DNA of 64,000 nt from Leptolyngbyaceae cyanobacterium (lineage in GTDB: Bacteria > Cyanobacteriota > Cyanobacteriia > Phormidesmidales > Phormidesmidaceae). The notes under the pieces are model-generated. The model was not told the origin of the DNA and searched no databases. It saw only the letters and a list, made by a program, of their open reading frames with translations. Position 1 is the stretch's first letter, and the number at the start of each line of letters is the position of its first letter. The stretch lies in contig CBDHHL010000056.1 in NCBI GenBank assembly GCA_965263355.1, positions 1,984,001 to 2,048,000 of the forward strand. Direction: 5' to 3'. The position numbers were made by a program, and so were the translations under genes. Below, piece by piece: positions 10,124-20,549 of the stretch.

Positions 10124-10658
10124 CGACTAAGTTCTGGGGCTGCCTCATAAGCGAAGCCTAGACAATAAAACACTACGGGTAAATCAATGCAATAACTTGT
10201 ACAAGCCTCGCATAGTATTTAAATCCTTAATTTAACATCTAATGTGTGAAAGAAACTGTGAGGCAATACAGTCATTCAAGTATCCAGCCACAATCAGAAA
10301 AAAAGGGTGGAACAAATCCACCCAAATCACAGGAGTTATAAGGAGATACGACAATACGACCGCCGGTAGCTATACCAAGATCGAATGTCATGTTGGGAAG
10401 CATTGGTCAACAGACGAAAAACACAAAAAATTCGCGTTAGTACGCCGCCGAAGAACCGACAACCCACGCATATATATTACTGGGAGTTTTTTCAAAACGG
10501 TCAGTTTACAGAGAAAGCTGTAAGATTTTTTTTTCAATAGATAGTATTGAACGTAAACAACATTACAGCCTGTATCAACTCTAAAATCGATCTTAACAAT
10601 TGCTTGCATTCCTATAAGAAGTGGCTATTTTAGGTTTAAATCCCCTTCTTTAAAGCAA

Positions 10659-11084
10659 GTGCTGCGCCATCGCAATTTTTTCAAAGATCGAGCCCTGCGC
10701 TCTCAAAAGCTGGTTCAAAAAATAGACCTAAGCGAAGTTTATCCTTGTCCGACTTGCCGACATCGGGGCCAGATTCAGGGAATTACACTGACCGAGGCAT
10801 TCGGTTGCGATCGCTGCCAGCAAATTTATATCATTCGGGATGGCGGCTTTGGTTTGGAGCAATTATCTGGTGCGCATCCCTATCGGCGGCTTTGGCGTTG
10901 GACTGGCCACCAATGGAAGCAATATGGCCAGCTGCAAGCGTCGGGGTGGTTAGGCCTGCTGGTAATTGTCGCTACATTGCTAGCCATTTCCGGCTTTTGG
11001 TTCCTTTTATCGACATCTTTTCGAATACTGGCCGTTCTGATCGCTGGTTTAGCTGTTGGCGCTTTCCTGGCATCACGACGTTGA
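10659..11084 (+). CDS. Hypothetical Zn-finger membrane protein
   Basis: YPCPTC...FGCDRCQQI CxxC pairs followed by two hydrophobic helices. Confidence 0.7.
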   Translation: MLRHRNFFKDRALRSQKLVQKIDLSEVYPCPTCRHRGQIQGITLTEAFGCDRCQQIYIIRDGGFGLEQLSGAHPYRRLWRWTGHQWKQYGQLQASGWLGLLVIVATLLAISGFWFLLSTSFRILAVLIAGLAVGAFLASRR

Positions 11085-11105
11085 GATTACTGGACGCCCC
11101 TATCC

Positions 11106-11945
11106 CTAGCCCAACAACGTAGTTTTCATCTCTTCTGGCTTTGGCAGTTTCACCTTGGTAGCCAGACCTAGCTTAGATAGCAGCTGAATCGTCATCCAAG
11201 TCACATCAATTTCCCACCACTTCAGACCATGGCGTGCTGAAAACTGAAACGCATGGTGGTTATTGTGCCAACCTTCCCCATAGGTAACTACAGCAACCCA
11301 CCAGCAATTGGTAGAGTAGTCCCCAGCGTCATAGGTTTGGTATCCAAACTTATGAGTAGCACTGTTTACAAACCAAGTGCAGTGATAAACCACCACTAGC
11401 CTCACAAAAATTCCCCAAAGGACGAAGGACCAGCCGCCAATCAGATATAGCAACAAGCCCAGGGCAATCTGCATGAGCACAAAGTAATTTTCGCAAAACA
11501 AATAAAACGGATCAGTTGCAATATCTTTAGTTAGCCGTGGAACTTCTCCATCAGCTGGAACTTCAAAAAAGATCCACCCCATGTGGCTCCACCAAAACCC
11601 CTTAGTGGAACTGTGGTGATCAATGGGTTGATCGGAATGAGCATGGTGATGACGATGGAGACCGATCCATTCAATCGGACCATGCTGACACGCTAGACTG
11701 CCGCAGAAAACAAAAAAATATTCCAGCCACTTAGGTACTTTGAAACTACGGTGGGCGACCAGGCGATGCCATCCCAAAGTAATGCCCAGACAACCTGTAA
11801 GCCAATGTAAAAAGAGCGCTATAGTAACAGCGCCCCAACTAAAATTTGCAGGTAAAAAAGCAAGTAGAGCAATCATATGTACAGCTACCATAAAGATTGC
11901 TGTAGGCCAATTAATAGGAGGTTTTGGAACGTTTGCAACAGTCAT
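11106..11945 (-). CDS. desC: Delta-9 acyl-lipid desaturase
   Basis: His boxes HRLVAH, HRHHH and HNNHH; WFVNSATH. Confidence 0.93.
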   Translation of the reverse strand: MTVANVPKPPINWPTAIFMVAVHMIALLAFLPANFSWGAVTIALFLHWLTGCLGITLGWHRLVAHRSFKVPKWLEYFFVFCGSLACQHGPIEWIGLHRHHHAHSDQPIDHHSSTKGFWWSHMGWIFFEVPADGEVPRLTKDIATDPFYLFCENYFVLMQIALGLLLYLIGGWSFVLWGIFVRLVVVYHCTWFVNSATHKFGYQTYDAGDYSTNCWWVAVVTYGEGWHNNHHAFQFSARHGLKWWEIDVTWMTIQLLSKLGLATKVKLPKPEEMKTTLLG

Positions 11946-12019
11946 GAAAAAATCTCAGCGTTAACGTAGAGGCCAACTTGCGTCACAATTAGAGCCCGCG
12001 TCATTAGCCAGGGAAGCGA

Positions 12020-13264
12020 GTGAGTAACCTGAAGACACTGCAGCCGACAGAACAAGCACTATTTTCGATTTTTTATGCAATTGACTCCCAGGTCAAGATA
12101 AATATTGCCCGAATATTGGCGGCATTTCGACAGCATAAGGTAGGAACTCACCATTTTTCAGGGGTTTCAGGATATGGTCACGATGATTTGGGGCGACAAA
12201 CCCTGGATCGAGTATTTGCTACCGTGGTTGCAGCCGAAGCCGCTGCAGTCCGGGTCCAATTTGTATCCGGTACCCATGCGATCACCTGTGCCCTATTTGG
12301 TGTCCTGCGTCCCGGTGATGAACTATTGGCGGTCACTGGGGCTCCCTATGACACGTTAGAGGAAGTTATCGGTATCCGTGGCAATAATCAAGGTTCTCTT
12401 CAAGAATTTGGGATTAGCTACCGCGAGCTGCCCCTCACAGATAACGCAACTATCAATTGGGCCAGCTTAGCAACGGCAATTCAGCCCAATACCAAAATGG
12501 TACTGATCCAACGTTCCTGTGGCTACAGCTGGCGCACCAGTTTAACCATTGATGACATTGGTCAAATCGTACAGTTAATTAAGGCCCAAAACCCAGACAC
12601 CGTTTGCTTTGTCGACAACTGCTACGGCGAGTTTGTAGACACCCGTGAACCCACAGCCGTAGGGGCAGATCTGATGGCTGGGTCTCTGATTAAAAATCCA
12701 GGCGGCACAATCGTAACTACAGGTGGCTATGTGGCTGGGCGAGCTGACCTGGTTGAGGCGGCGACCTGTCGCCTGACATCTCCCGGCATTGGCAGTTCTG
12801 GCGGTTCTACTTTGAATCAAAGTCGGTTACTTTTTCAAGGGTTATTTCTCGCCCCACAGATGGTCGGAGAAGCACTTAAAGGCAATTACTTACTCGCTCA
12901 CACCTTTAGTCAGTTAGGCTACGCTGTTAACCCACCAGTGGATGCGTCTCAGAGAGATGTGATTCAAGCAATTCGACTGGAAGACCCCGATAAACTGGTG
13001 GCCTTTTGCCGAGCGATCCAGCAGAACTCACCAGTTGAGGCCTATGTCGATCCAGTGCCAGCGGGAATGCCTGGTTATGAAAGTCAGTTGGTTATGGCTG
13101 GCGGTACGTTTATCGACGGTAGTACCTCAGAACTTTCAGCAGATGGGCCATTGCGTAAACCCTATGTGGTGTATTGCCAGGGAGGGACCCATTGGACCCA
13201 TGTTGCGATCGCAGCCGAAGCTGCCGCTAACGCCATCGGTCCCGCCAAGAAACCCGACCCTTAA
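12020..13264 (+). CDS. Methionine gamma-lyase-like / aluminium-resistance family PLP enzyme (YnbB-like)
   Basis: GYGHDDLGR, FVSGTHAI, VDNCYGEF and GSLIKNPGG motifs. Confidence 0.9.
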   Translation: MSNLKTLQPTEQALFSIFYAIDSQVKINIARILAAFRQHKVGTHHFSGVSGYGHDDLGRQTLDRVFATVVAAEAAAVRVQFVSGTHAITCALFGVLRPGDELLAVTGAPYDTLEEVIGIRGNNQGSLQEFGISYRELPLTDNATINWASLATAIQPNTKMVLIQRSCGYSWRTSLTIDDIGQIVQLIKAQNPDTVCFVDNCYGEFVDTREPTAVGADLMAGSLIKNPGGTIVTTGGYVAGRADLVEAATCRLTSPGIGSSGGSTLNQSRLLFQGLFLAPQMVGEALKGNYLLAHTFSQLGYAVNPPVDASQRDVIQAIRLEDPDKLVAFCRAIQQNSPVEAYVDPVPAGMPGYESQLVMAGGTFIDGSTSELSADGPLRKPYVVYCQGGTHWTHVAIAAEAAANAIGPAKKPDP

Positions 13265-13313
13265 ATTGTTAAGATAACTACATACAACTACCCACCAGCG
13301 TCCCAAATCCCAA

Positions 13314-13958
13314 ATGATTACCGTTGCAATACCCAAGGGCTCGTTGCTCAAAGACACCATCCGGATGCTTCGAGGAGCTGGATTAGATTTTAGTGGATTC
13401 TTAGACAGTAGTAATCGTCAGCTACAAATTGAGGAAAGTACTGGCCGCGCCAAAGGATTGCTGGTTAGGGCGCAAGATGTACCGGTTTATGTCGAATATG
13501 GTCAGGCCCAGCTGGGCATCGTCGGTTATGACGTGCTCTACGAAAAAGAACCCAATGTGGCGCAGTTGGCAGATTTAGGATTTGGCTACTGCCGATTTTC
13601 TGTAGCCGTCAAAAAAGATGGGCCTTACCGTTCTGCCCTCGACTTGCCTCCCCACTGCCGCGTTGCTTCCAAATTTGTCAACACCGCCCGTCGTTACTTT
13701 CAAAGTATTGACCTACCAGTTGAAATTATTCCCCTCTATGGGTCTGTAGAATTAGGCCCGATTACCGGCATGTCTGAGGCAATTGTCGATTTAGTCTCCA
13801 CTGGACGCACACTAAAAGAAAACAATCTAATTGAGCTAGAAGTACTCTTCGAAAGTACAGCCCGTCTCGTTGCTCATCCTCTGAGCTATCGTTTAAATGT
13901 GGATAATCTCAGCGAGTATGTTGATTTAATTCGTCAGCAAGCGATGGTAACAGCTTAG
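13314..13958 (+). CDS. hisG: ATP phosphoribosyltransferase, short form
   Basis: [24 protein letters not shown] and [15 protein letters not shown]; 214 aa. Confidence 0.96.
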   Translation: MITVAIPKGSLLKDTIRMLRGAGLDFSGFLDSSNRQLQIEESTGRAKGLLVRAQDVPVYVEYGQAQLGIVGYDVLYEKEPNVAQLADLGFGYCRFSVAVKKDGPYRSALDLPPHCRVASKFVNTARRYFQSIDLPVEIIPLYGSVELGPITGMSEAIVDLVSTGRTLKENNLIELEVLFESTARLVAHPLSYRLNVDNLSEYVDLIRQQAMVTA

Positions 13959-13964
13959 GCGCTC

Positions 13965-15779
13965 ATGATTGTTATAAAACAACAAGGTTCATCAACCTAC
14001 GATTGGCAGCTTTTTAAGCGGCTTCTCCCCTATATTCTCCAGGAGAAACGGCATCTTGTTTTGCCGTTATTACTCCTAATCCCGTTGGCGTTTGCCCAGG
14101 CACTGCAGCCAGTGTTAATTGGTCAGGCAATCTCGGTCATTGGTCAGGAATCAGGAGCCTGGGATTTTCTGATAAATCGGCCTTTGCAAGAGGCATTGAA
14201 TATTCTCATTTTGCTGTTGTTATTGTGCATTGGCACTCGGTTAGCTCTGGATGGATGGCAGAGTTTTTTAGTGCAAAAGGTAGGACAGGATATTACCCGT
14301 AATATCCGTAATGACATGTTTCACCATGTGTTAGCCCTATCAATGCGATTCTTTGATCGTACCCCTGTGGGTCGGTTAATTACCCGGCTAACCAGCGATG
14401 TTAATGCCTTGGGAGATGTTTTCTCCACGGGTGCTATTGGCATCTTTAGCGACATGTTCTCCATTGTGGTATCGGTGGTGATAATGTTGTGGATCGACTG
14501 GCGCTTAGGCTTGATGTTGATGTTTTTGCTGGTACCGGTAACCAGTATCATCATTTACTTTCAGCAGCAGTATCGTAAGGCTAATTATCAGGCCCGTGAG
14601 GAGCTATCGGCCCTGAACTCTAATCTGCAGGAAAATATTGCTGGGATTGAAGTGGTCCAGTTGTTTCGGCGGGAGAGCTTTAATGCCAACCTGTTTCGTT
14701 CCACGAATGAACGGTACATGATGGCTGTGGATCGCACCATTTTTTATGATTCGGCGGTATCAGCTACGTTAGAGTGGATTGCGTTAGTTGCGATCGCAAG
14801 CGTTCTCGGCATCGGTGGCTGGCTAGTTCTGGGCAAGAACCTAGAAATTGGGATCTTGACCACGTTTATTCTGTTTGCCCAGCGTTTATTTGAACCCTTG
14901 CGTCAGTTCGCCGATAAATTCACAGCAATTCAGGCAGGTTTTACCGCCGTTGAGCGTTTAAACGATTTGCTCAATGAACCTATCGACATTCAAGACATTG
15001 AAGATCCGGCAGTGTTGCCTGACCCCATTGATGAACAAGGCAATGTGCTACCTGGAGAGATTCACTTTGACCATGTGTCCTTTGGCTATAAGGCCAATGA
15101 ATACGTGCTCAACCAGCTAGATTTCACCATTCGCCCTGGTGAGAAAGTAGCATTAGTCGGTCCTACGGGAGCAGGCAAAAGCTCAATTATTCGACTCCTC
15201 TGTCGTCTTTACGAAGTCAATGAGGGGAAAATCTTGTTAGATGGCGTGGATATTCGTGAGCTAGCCCAAGAAGACTTGCGTACCCGCATGGCCATTATTT
15301 TGCAAGATGGATTTCTCTTCTCAGGAGACGTGAATAGTAACATTACGTTGGGAGAAGATTATACACCAGCCCAGATTCGTCATGCAGCTGAATCGACTAA
15401 TGTAGCTCGCTTTATCGAAAAATTACCCCAGGGGTACGACACCATGTTACGCGAGCGCGGCACAAATCTCTCTGGTGGTGAAAAACAGCTCTTGGCCTTT
15501 GCCCGTGCTGCCATTCGTAACCCTGGCATTTTGGTGTTGGATGAAGCCACGGCAAATTTAGATGTGGGAACTGAAGCTCAAATTCAGTCAGCATTGAATA
15601 CACTGTTGAAAAATCGTACAGCAATTATTATTGCTCACCGGCTATCCACCATTCGTAACGTTGATCGAATTTTAGTGCTAAAGCAGGGGTATCTTGTAGA
15701 ACAGGGTAGCCATGATCAGCTGTTGGCCCAGAATGGTTTATATGCGAGCTTGCATAAACTGCAGATGCTTGGCCAATAA
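13965..15779 (+). CDS. ABC transporter, fused permease/ATP-binding (MsbA/MdlB-like)
   Basis: N-terminal TM domain; Walker A GPTGAGKS, signature LSGGEKQ, Walker B LVLDEAT. Confidence 0.93.
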   Translation: MIVIKQQGSSTYDWQLFKRLLPYILQEKRHLVLPLLLLIPLAFAQALQPVLIGQAISVIGQESGAWDFLINRPLQEALNILILLLLLCIGTRLALDGWQSFLVQKVGQDITRNIRNDMFHHVLALSMRFFDRTPVGRLITRLTSDVNALGDVFSTGAIGIFSDMFSIVVSVVIMLWIDWRLGLMLMFLLVPVTSIIIYFQQQYRKANYQAREELSALNSNLQENIAGIEVVQLFRRESFNANLFRSTNERYMMAVDRTIFYDSAVSATLEWIALVAIASVLGIGGWLVLGKNLEIGILTTFILFAQRLFEPLRQFADKFTAIQAGFTAVERLNDLLNEPIDIQDIEDPAVLPDPIDEQGNVLPGEIHFDHVSFGYKANEYVLNQLDFTIRPGEKVALVGPTGAGKSSIIRLLCRLYEVNEGKILLDGVDIRELAQEDLRTRMAIILQDGFLFSGDVNSNITLGEDYTPAQIRHAAESTNVARFIEKLPQGYDTMLRERGTNLSGGEKQLLAFARAAIRNPGILVLDEATANLDVGTEAQIQSALNTLLKNRTAIIIAHRLSTIRNVDRILVLKQGYLVEQGSHDQLLAQNGLYASLHKLQMLGQ

Positions 15780-15847
15780 GGCTAGCCCGCTGTATAGATC
15801 AATAAACGAGATGGGCGACGCATGTAGATATTTGACAACTTTGAGAA

Positions 15848-17058
15848 TTAACTTTCTCCTATGCCAGGAGCGTTTTTAGCAATCACTGGCTCTCCTGTTT
15901 GAGCAACTTGCTCAAGAATATCTGCAGCTCGCTCGACCCCGCCGGATGCTTGAATTATTTTTTGCATCCGCTGAGCATTTTCACGATAGCTGGCTTCGTT
16001 GAGAACCTCTGTAATCGCTCTACGGAGTGTTGTTTCGTCAAGTTTAGTCAGTTGGATCCTTTTTCCTGCTTTGGTGCGTGCTAGCCTTGCTGCAATTCCT
16101 GGTTGCTCATTGGTGATGGGAATCGCTACCAGAGGAACGCCACAACTAAGGGCAGTGAGCACCGTATTCATCCCAGCATGGGTAACAACAACCTGGGATC
16201 GCTCGATCAGTTTCTGATGAGGTGCGAATGGTACAACAATAGGATCTCCAGGGAGATCGATTGATTGCGATTCTGGATTACCCAGTGAGATAACGAGCTG
16301 AGCTTCTAATGTTGAACAGGCTTGAGCAATACACTTAAAAATTTCCGGTCGCTGGTTTTGGAGCGTTCCTAATGAAGCATAGATGAGAGGTTGCCCATTG
16401 AGGCGGTCATAGGGAAAGTCAGTCTCTGTCCCGGATGGATCTTTTTAGGTAGACTGGCAAAAAGTGACACACCTCCAGGACGTATACGGCAAGTTCGGCG
16501 TTGTTCACAGATTTCTCTCCACAGATCGCGTAATAGAAAATTGACGAGTGCGTTTCCAAATCGATTGCGTAAACGCGCCCATGGTGTTGCTGAGTAAGCC
16601 CAGTGAGTGGAGTAGGGTGGAACAGCTGGTTCACGGTGAACCAGCATCGCGTTGCAGACTGTAACGAAGGGTAAGTCAAGATAGTCAGCTACAGTCGCGA
16701 TCGATGTAGTAATCTGATCAACAATCAGTACCTCAATATTTGCTGCGCGTATCGCTTGTGGTGCTTCGCGAAATAGCATCTCTGTTTCATGCTTAAAAAA
16801 GTCAATCGTGAATTTGAGTCCTGCCCTACCAGTTAACGTCCCCAGAGTTTTGTATTTGCGATCAATACTCCCTCTTGGATAGTCAAGCACACCAATTTCA
16901 CAGGTTGTGAGTTCGAGGTTTTCTACCTTTGCCAAAGCATCAGGCACACCAAATAGAGTAACCGAGTGACCACGACGCTGGAGTTCGAGAGCAAGAACGC
17001 ATATAGGGTTAAGGTGTCCGATAGCAGGTGGACAGAAAATTCCAAATCGTGTCATCAT
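15848..17058 (-). pseudogene. MGT/UDP-glycosyltransferase (GT1) disrupted by internal deletion and frameshift
   Basis: The N-part (PPAIGHLNP...ELQRRGH, to ~16492) and C-part (frame open 16444-15848: KDPSG...LIYASLGTLQ...VVTHAGMNTVLTALSCGVPLVAIP) are in different frames, joined by ~45 bp of unrelated sequence. Confidence 0.85.
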
Positions 17059-17128
17059 TAATTCTTTACCTCTTCCTCAATTGCTCTGAACTATAAGCGA
17101 TGAGTACATGACCTAAGTCTAGTGTGAA

Positions 17129-17217
17129 GTCTAACGTTGCCCAGCACCCGCCGCAGATAACCTTTGCCTAATAACCGAGCCACTTCCGGCAGTCAGATTG
17201 TATGGACGTTATTAGGC
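17129..17217 (-). mobile_element. Integron attC-like recombination site (orphan)
   Basis: 89 bp. The minus strand begins GCCTAAT (R'', RYYYAAC with one mismatch) and ends GTTAGAC (R', GTTRRRY), with imperfect internal inverted repeats. It sits 14 bp after the TIR gene stop. Confidence 0.6.
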
Positions 17218-17231
17218 TGTTATTCTAAAGC

Positions 17232-18113
17232 TTAATTGGCTAAACGCTGTTCAATCGCTTTAAACAGCTCAGCAAAATCTGATTCGGTATGAATATCAGG
17301 AGTGAGTGTATTCATATCTTTGAGAATTTCTACCAGTTCGGCAATGGTGTTGCGAATTTGAGTGTAGAGATCAATAGATTCTCGAAAGCCTTGCATATTG
17401 GCTGAGCCAACAGTTTTCATGGCTTCGTCAAGGTCAGCGATTTCTTTTTCCCAATGTTGAATGTAGCGAATACGTTTCACTGGCTTATAGATTTCGGCAT
17501 CGGCAAGTACAATTGGAAAAATTCTGTCGCGGTAGTCACCATTAGCAGCAATTTCCACCAACTCAAACATGCAGTTCTCTGACTTAAGATATTTGTCACT
17601 GATAATGACAATGACTGCTTTCCCTTTACCAATTTGCTCCATAAACTCTTTGATACTGCCCTTAAAGCCCAGATCATTCTTATCCCGAATCAAGGTGATT
17701 TCCGAAGCTTGAAACGCTTCATCTATTTTATTCGCCATCGCTTCACTGTCCCCCTTCCAGGCATAGGAGATAAACACTTCTTTCGCTGTCGAAAAAGGCT
17801 TCGGTGGTCCCGGCAGTGCAGGTGGTTTGATTTTTTGTACTAGAGACGTTTTGTCAGGCAGGGTAATTCCAAGATTATCTAAAGAAACATAGTTACTTAA
17901 AACCTGAAAAATAGAATTTAGCCCTTTTCCAGTCGGTCCTTTCACCCAATCCAGGAGTTCTTTTGCTCGTTGCCCCTGAGGCGCTTGAGACGATGACATC
18001 ACCCCTGCAGGTAAATCCAGAGCAAAGATCATTTCTTCAAATTGAGCAGGGGGCATGGCTCCCAGACTTTGAATGAGCTTTAAGCGTGACCTGGGATCAA
18101 GATTCATAGCCAT
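17232..18113 (-). CDS. TIR-domain protein with N-terminal small helical (effector-associated/EAD-like) domain
   Basis: C-terminal EVFISYAW...IRDKNDLG...VIVIISDKYLKSENCMFEL (TIR_2 with the catalytic-type Glu). ~75-aa helical N-domain and a Pro-rich linker. Confidence 0.85.
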   Translation of the reverse strand: MAMNLDPRSRLKLIQSLGAMPPAQFEEMIFALDLPAGVMSSSQAPQGQRAKELLDWVKGPTGKGLNSIFQVLSNYVSLDNLGITLPDKTSLVQKIKPPALPGPPKPFSTAKEVFISYAWKGDSEAMANKIDEAFQASEITLIRDKNDLGFKGSIKEFMEQIGKGKAVIVIISDKYLKSENCMFELVEIAANGDYRDRIFPIVLADAEIYKPVKRIRYIQHWEKEIADLDEAMKTVGSANMQGFRESIDLYTQIRNTIAELVEILKDMNTLTPDIHTESDFAELFKAIEQRLAN

Positions 18114-18313
18114 TTGTACCGTTTGCTTTTAAGTTTTTCTGAGAATATCAGAGGTGTCTTGAAGGGGTAGTCCTTGTTGACTAATATTACATCGCACCAA
18201 TGTATTACCCAAGAACGATGCGTTAGTGGTCAACGGTCTCTCACAAAAATGTTGTTAGCAAATAGATAGATACCTTAATTAGCAAGCGCACAGCCAGGGT
18301 ATAGTACCGTTGC

Positions 18314-18428
18314 AACGCACCGCTTTCATGATTTATCTGGTGCGTTACTAATCGCTTTCATGATTTATCTGGTGCGTTACTAATCGCTTTCGCATCAGCT
18401 ATAACCTGTGGGCTATACAGCACCCTAC
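18314..18428. repeat. REP-like palindromic element containing a 32-bp tandem duplication
   Basis: CGCTTTCATGATTTATCTGGTGCGTTACTAAT at 18321-18352 and 18353-18384 plus a partial third copy; AACGCACC/GGTGCGTT arms; ends ...GCACCCTAC. Confidence 0.75.
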
Positions 18429-18440
18429 ATAATGCCAGCC

Positions 18441-20378
18441 CTAAATATCCAAATCGGCCATTTTGAGCTTAGGACCGTAGGTTTCAATAAACTCACGACG
18501 AGGTGCAACACGATCCCCCATAAGCACCGTAAAGATTCGTTCTGCCTCAGCCGCGTCTTCAATCTCTACTTTCTTTAGCGTGCGACTCTCAGGATTCATG
18601 GTGGTATCCCACAGCTGTTGGGGCATCATCTCACCTAACCCCTTAAATCGCTGCACATTATATTTTGCATTGTCAGGCAAAGCGCTAATGCCTCGCTGCA
18701 GTTCCTGATCGCTATAGCAGTAAGTATGACTTCGTCCCCGTTCTAGCTTGTATAAGGGAGGGCAAGCAATATAGACAAAGCCCTGATCAATCAGCGCCCG
18801 CTGATAGCGATAGAAAAATGTAAGCAACAGCGTACGAATATGGGCTCCGTCCACGTCCGCATCTGTCATCAGACAAATGCGGTGATAGCGCAGCTGTGAT
18901 GAGTCAAAATCCTCCCCCTTGATACCGAGTCCCAGGGCCGTAATCAAGGACTGCACTTCGTTGTTCTTATAGATCTTCGAATCATCAGTCTTTTCAATAT
19001 TGAGAATCTTGCCTCGCAACGGCAAAATAGCTTGAAAGCGACGATCACGTCCCTGTTTAGCACTTCCCCCTGCAGAATCCCCCTCAACAATAAAGATTTC
19101 TGACTCAGCCGGGTCGCGAGAGCTACAGTCTGCCAGCTTACCAGGCAAGGTAGACGACTCCAAAACTGACTTCCGCCTTACTAAATCACGGGCTCGACGG
19201 GCTGCTTCCGCAGCATTAAAAGACTGAATCGCTTTTTCTAGAATCGAATCCACAACGCTGGGATTAAAGTCTAGATACTCACTCAGGGTTTCCCCAATGA
19301 GCGAATCCACAATCCCGCGAACCTCAGTATTACCCAGCTTGGTTTTAGTCTGGCCTTCAAATTCCGGTTCTGGCACCTTAACGGAAATCACCGCCGTCAA
19401 CCCTTCACGAATATTCTCCCCCGCTAGATTTGCCTCATTTTCTTTACGCTTATTACGCTTGCGGGCAAAATTATTCATGGTGCGGGTAAGCACCGCTTTG
19501 AGACCCTCTAGATGGGTACCGCCATCAACGGTGCGAATGTTGTTGGCAAAGCCCATCAGATTGTCAGAATAGGCGTCTACAGACCACTGCAGAGCAGCTT
19601 CCACCTGTACTCCATTTTTCTCACCATCCACATAGATAATGTCAGGATGAATGGGCTGCTTCTCTTTATTAATGTATTCAACGTACTCTCGGATACCGCC
19701 TTCATAGAAATATCGGTTTATCTTAGGCTGATCAGCCTTGAGCAGTTCTAGGCGATGATCAGTAAAGGTAATATCCACACCGGCATTGAGATACGCCAAC
19801 TCCCGTAAACGACCAGCTAGGGTATTGTAATCAAACTCAATGGTCTCAGTAAAAATAAGACTGTCGGGCTTAAAGCTGACCGATGTGCCGGTACGACTGC
19901 CTGCACTACTCTTGACCGCTAGCTCACCCTGGGCATCTCCGCGCTCATAGCGCTGCTTATGCTCTTTCTTATTACGCCAAACGGTTACTTCCACCCATTC
20001 AGACAGGGCATTGACCACTGACACACCGACACCGTGGAGACCGCCAGATACTTTATAGCCGCCGCCGCCAAACTTACCGCCCGCGTGCAGTACGGTCATC
20101 ACAGTTTCTAAGGCAGACTTACCCGTACGAGAATGGACATCGGTAGGAATCCCCCGCCCATCGTCAGTCACCGTAACGGAGCCATCTGCGTTTAGGTCAA
20201 TGGTAATGTTGCTGCAGTAACCTGCTAATGCCTCGTCTACGGAGTTGTCAACAACCTCGTAAACTAGGTGATGCAAACCCCGCGGCCCAGTAGTACCAAT
20301 GTACATACCCGGTCGCTTGCGTACAGGCTCCAGGCCTTCGAGCACCTGAATCTGATCGGCACCATAGTCGGTTGTCAT
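18441..20378 (-). CDS. gyrB: DNA gyrase subunit B
   Basis: [44 protein letters not shown] and [10 protein letters not shown]. Confidence 0.98.
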   Translation of the reverse strand: MTTDYGADQIQVLEGLEPVRKRPGMYIGTTGPRGLHHLVYEVVDNSVDEALAGYCSNITIDLNADGSVTVTDDGRGIPTDVHSRTGKSALETVMTVLHAGGKFGGGGYKVSGGLHGVGVSVVNALSEWVEVTVWRNKKEHKQRYERGDAQGELAVKSSAGSRTGTSVSFKPDSLIFTETIEFDYNTLAGRLRELAYLNAGVDITFTDHRLELLKADQPKINRYFYEGGIREYVEYINKEKQPIHPDIIYVDGEKNGVQVEAALQWSVDAYSDNLMGFANNIRTVDGGTHLEGLKAVLTRTMNNFARKRNKRKENEANLAGENIREGLTAVISVKVPEPEFEGQTKTKLGNTEVRGIVDSLIGETLSEYLDFNPSVVDSILEKAIQSFNAAEAARRARDLVRRKSVLESSTLPGKLADCSSRDPAESEIFIVEGDSAGGSAKQGRDRRFQAILPLRGKILNIEKTDDSKIYKNNEVQSLITALGLGIKGEDFDSSQLRYHRICLMTDADVDGAHIRTLLLTFFYRYQRALIDQGFVYIACPPLYKLERGRSHTYCYSDQELQRGISALPDNAKYNVQRFKGLGEMMPQQLWDTTMNPESRTLKKVEIEDAAEAERIFTVLMGDRVAPRREFIETYGPKLKMADLDI

Positions 20379-20549
20379 GCTTTCCTATCTCCTAAGACGG
20401 TTGTAAAGCCGCAGTAGCATTAGAAATGAAATTGTGCCCCCGAATTTTAGCACAACCATGTTAAAAGCGATTCTGAATGGGTTTTAGAACGCGTATTTAT
20501 TAGGGATGGATCAAAAAAATTTACACATATTTTTAATAGGTCAGTTTCA

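Noticed and set aside
15848..16171. 107-aa ORF as an independent gene
   Set aside because: It is the C-terminal fragment of the broken glycosyltransferase; the Met lies inside the conserved THAGMNT motif.
16369..16491. Programmed frameshift joining the GT halves
   Set aside because: Coding sequence appears to be missing and replaced at the junction, so a simple slip would not restore a full enzyme.
18321..18391. 32-bp repeats as a possible mini-CRISPR
   Set aside because: The repeats are directly adjacent with no spacers, and there are no cas genes.
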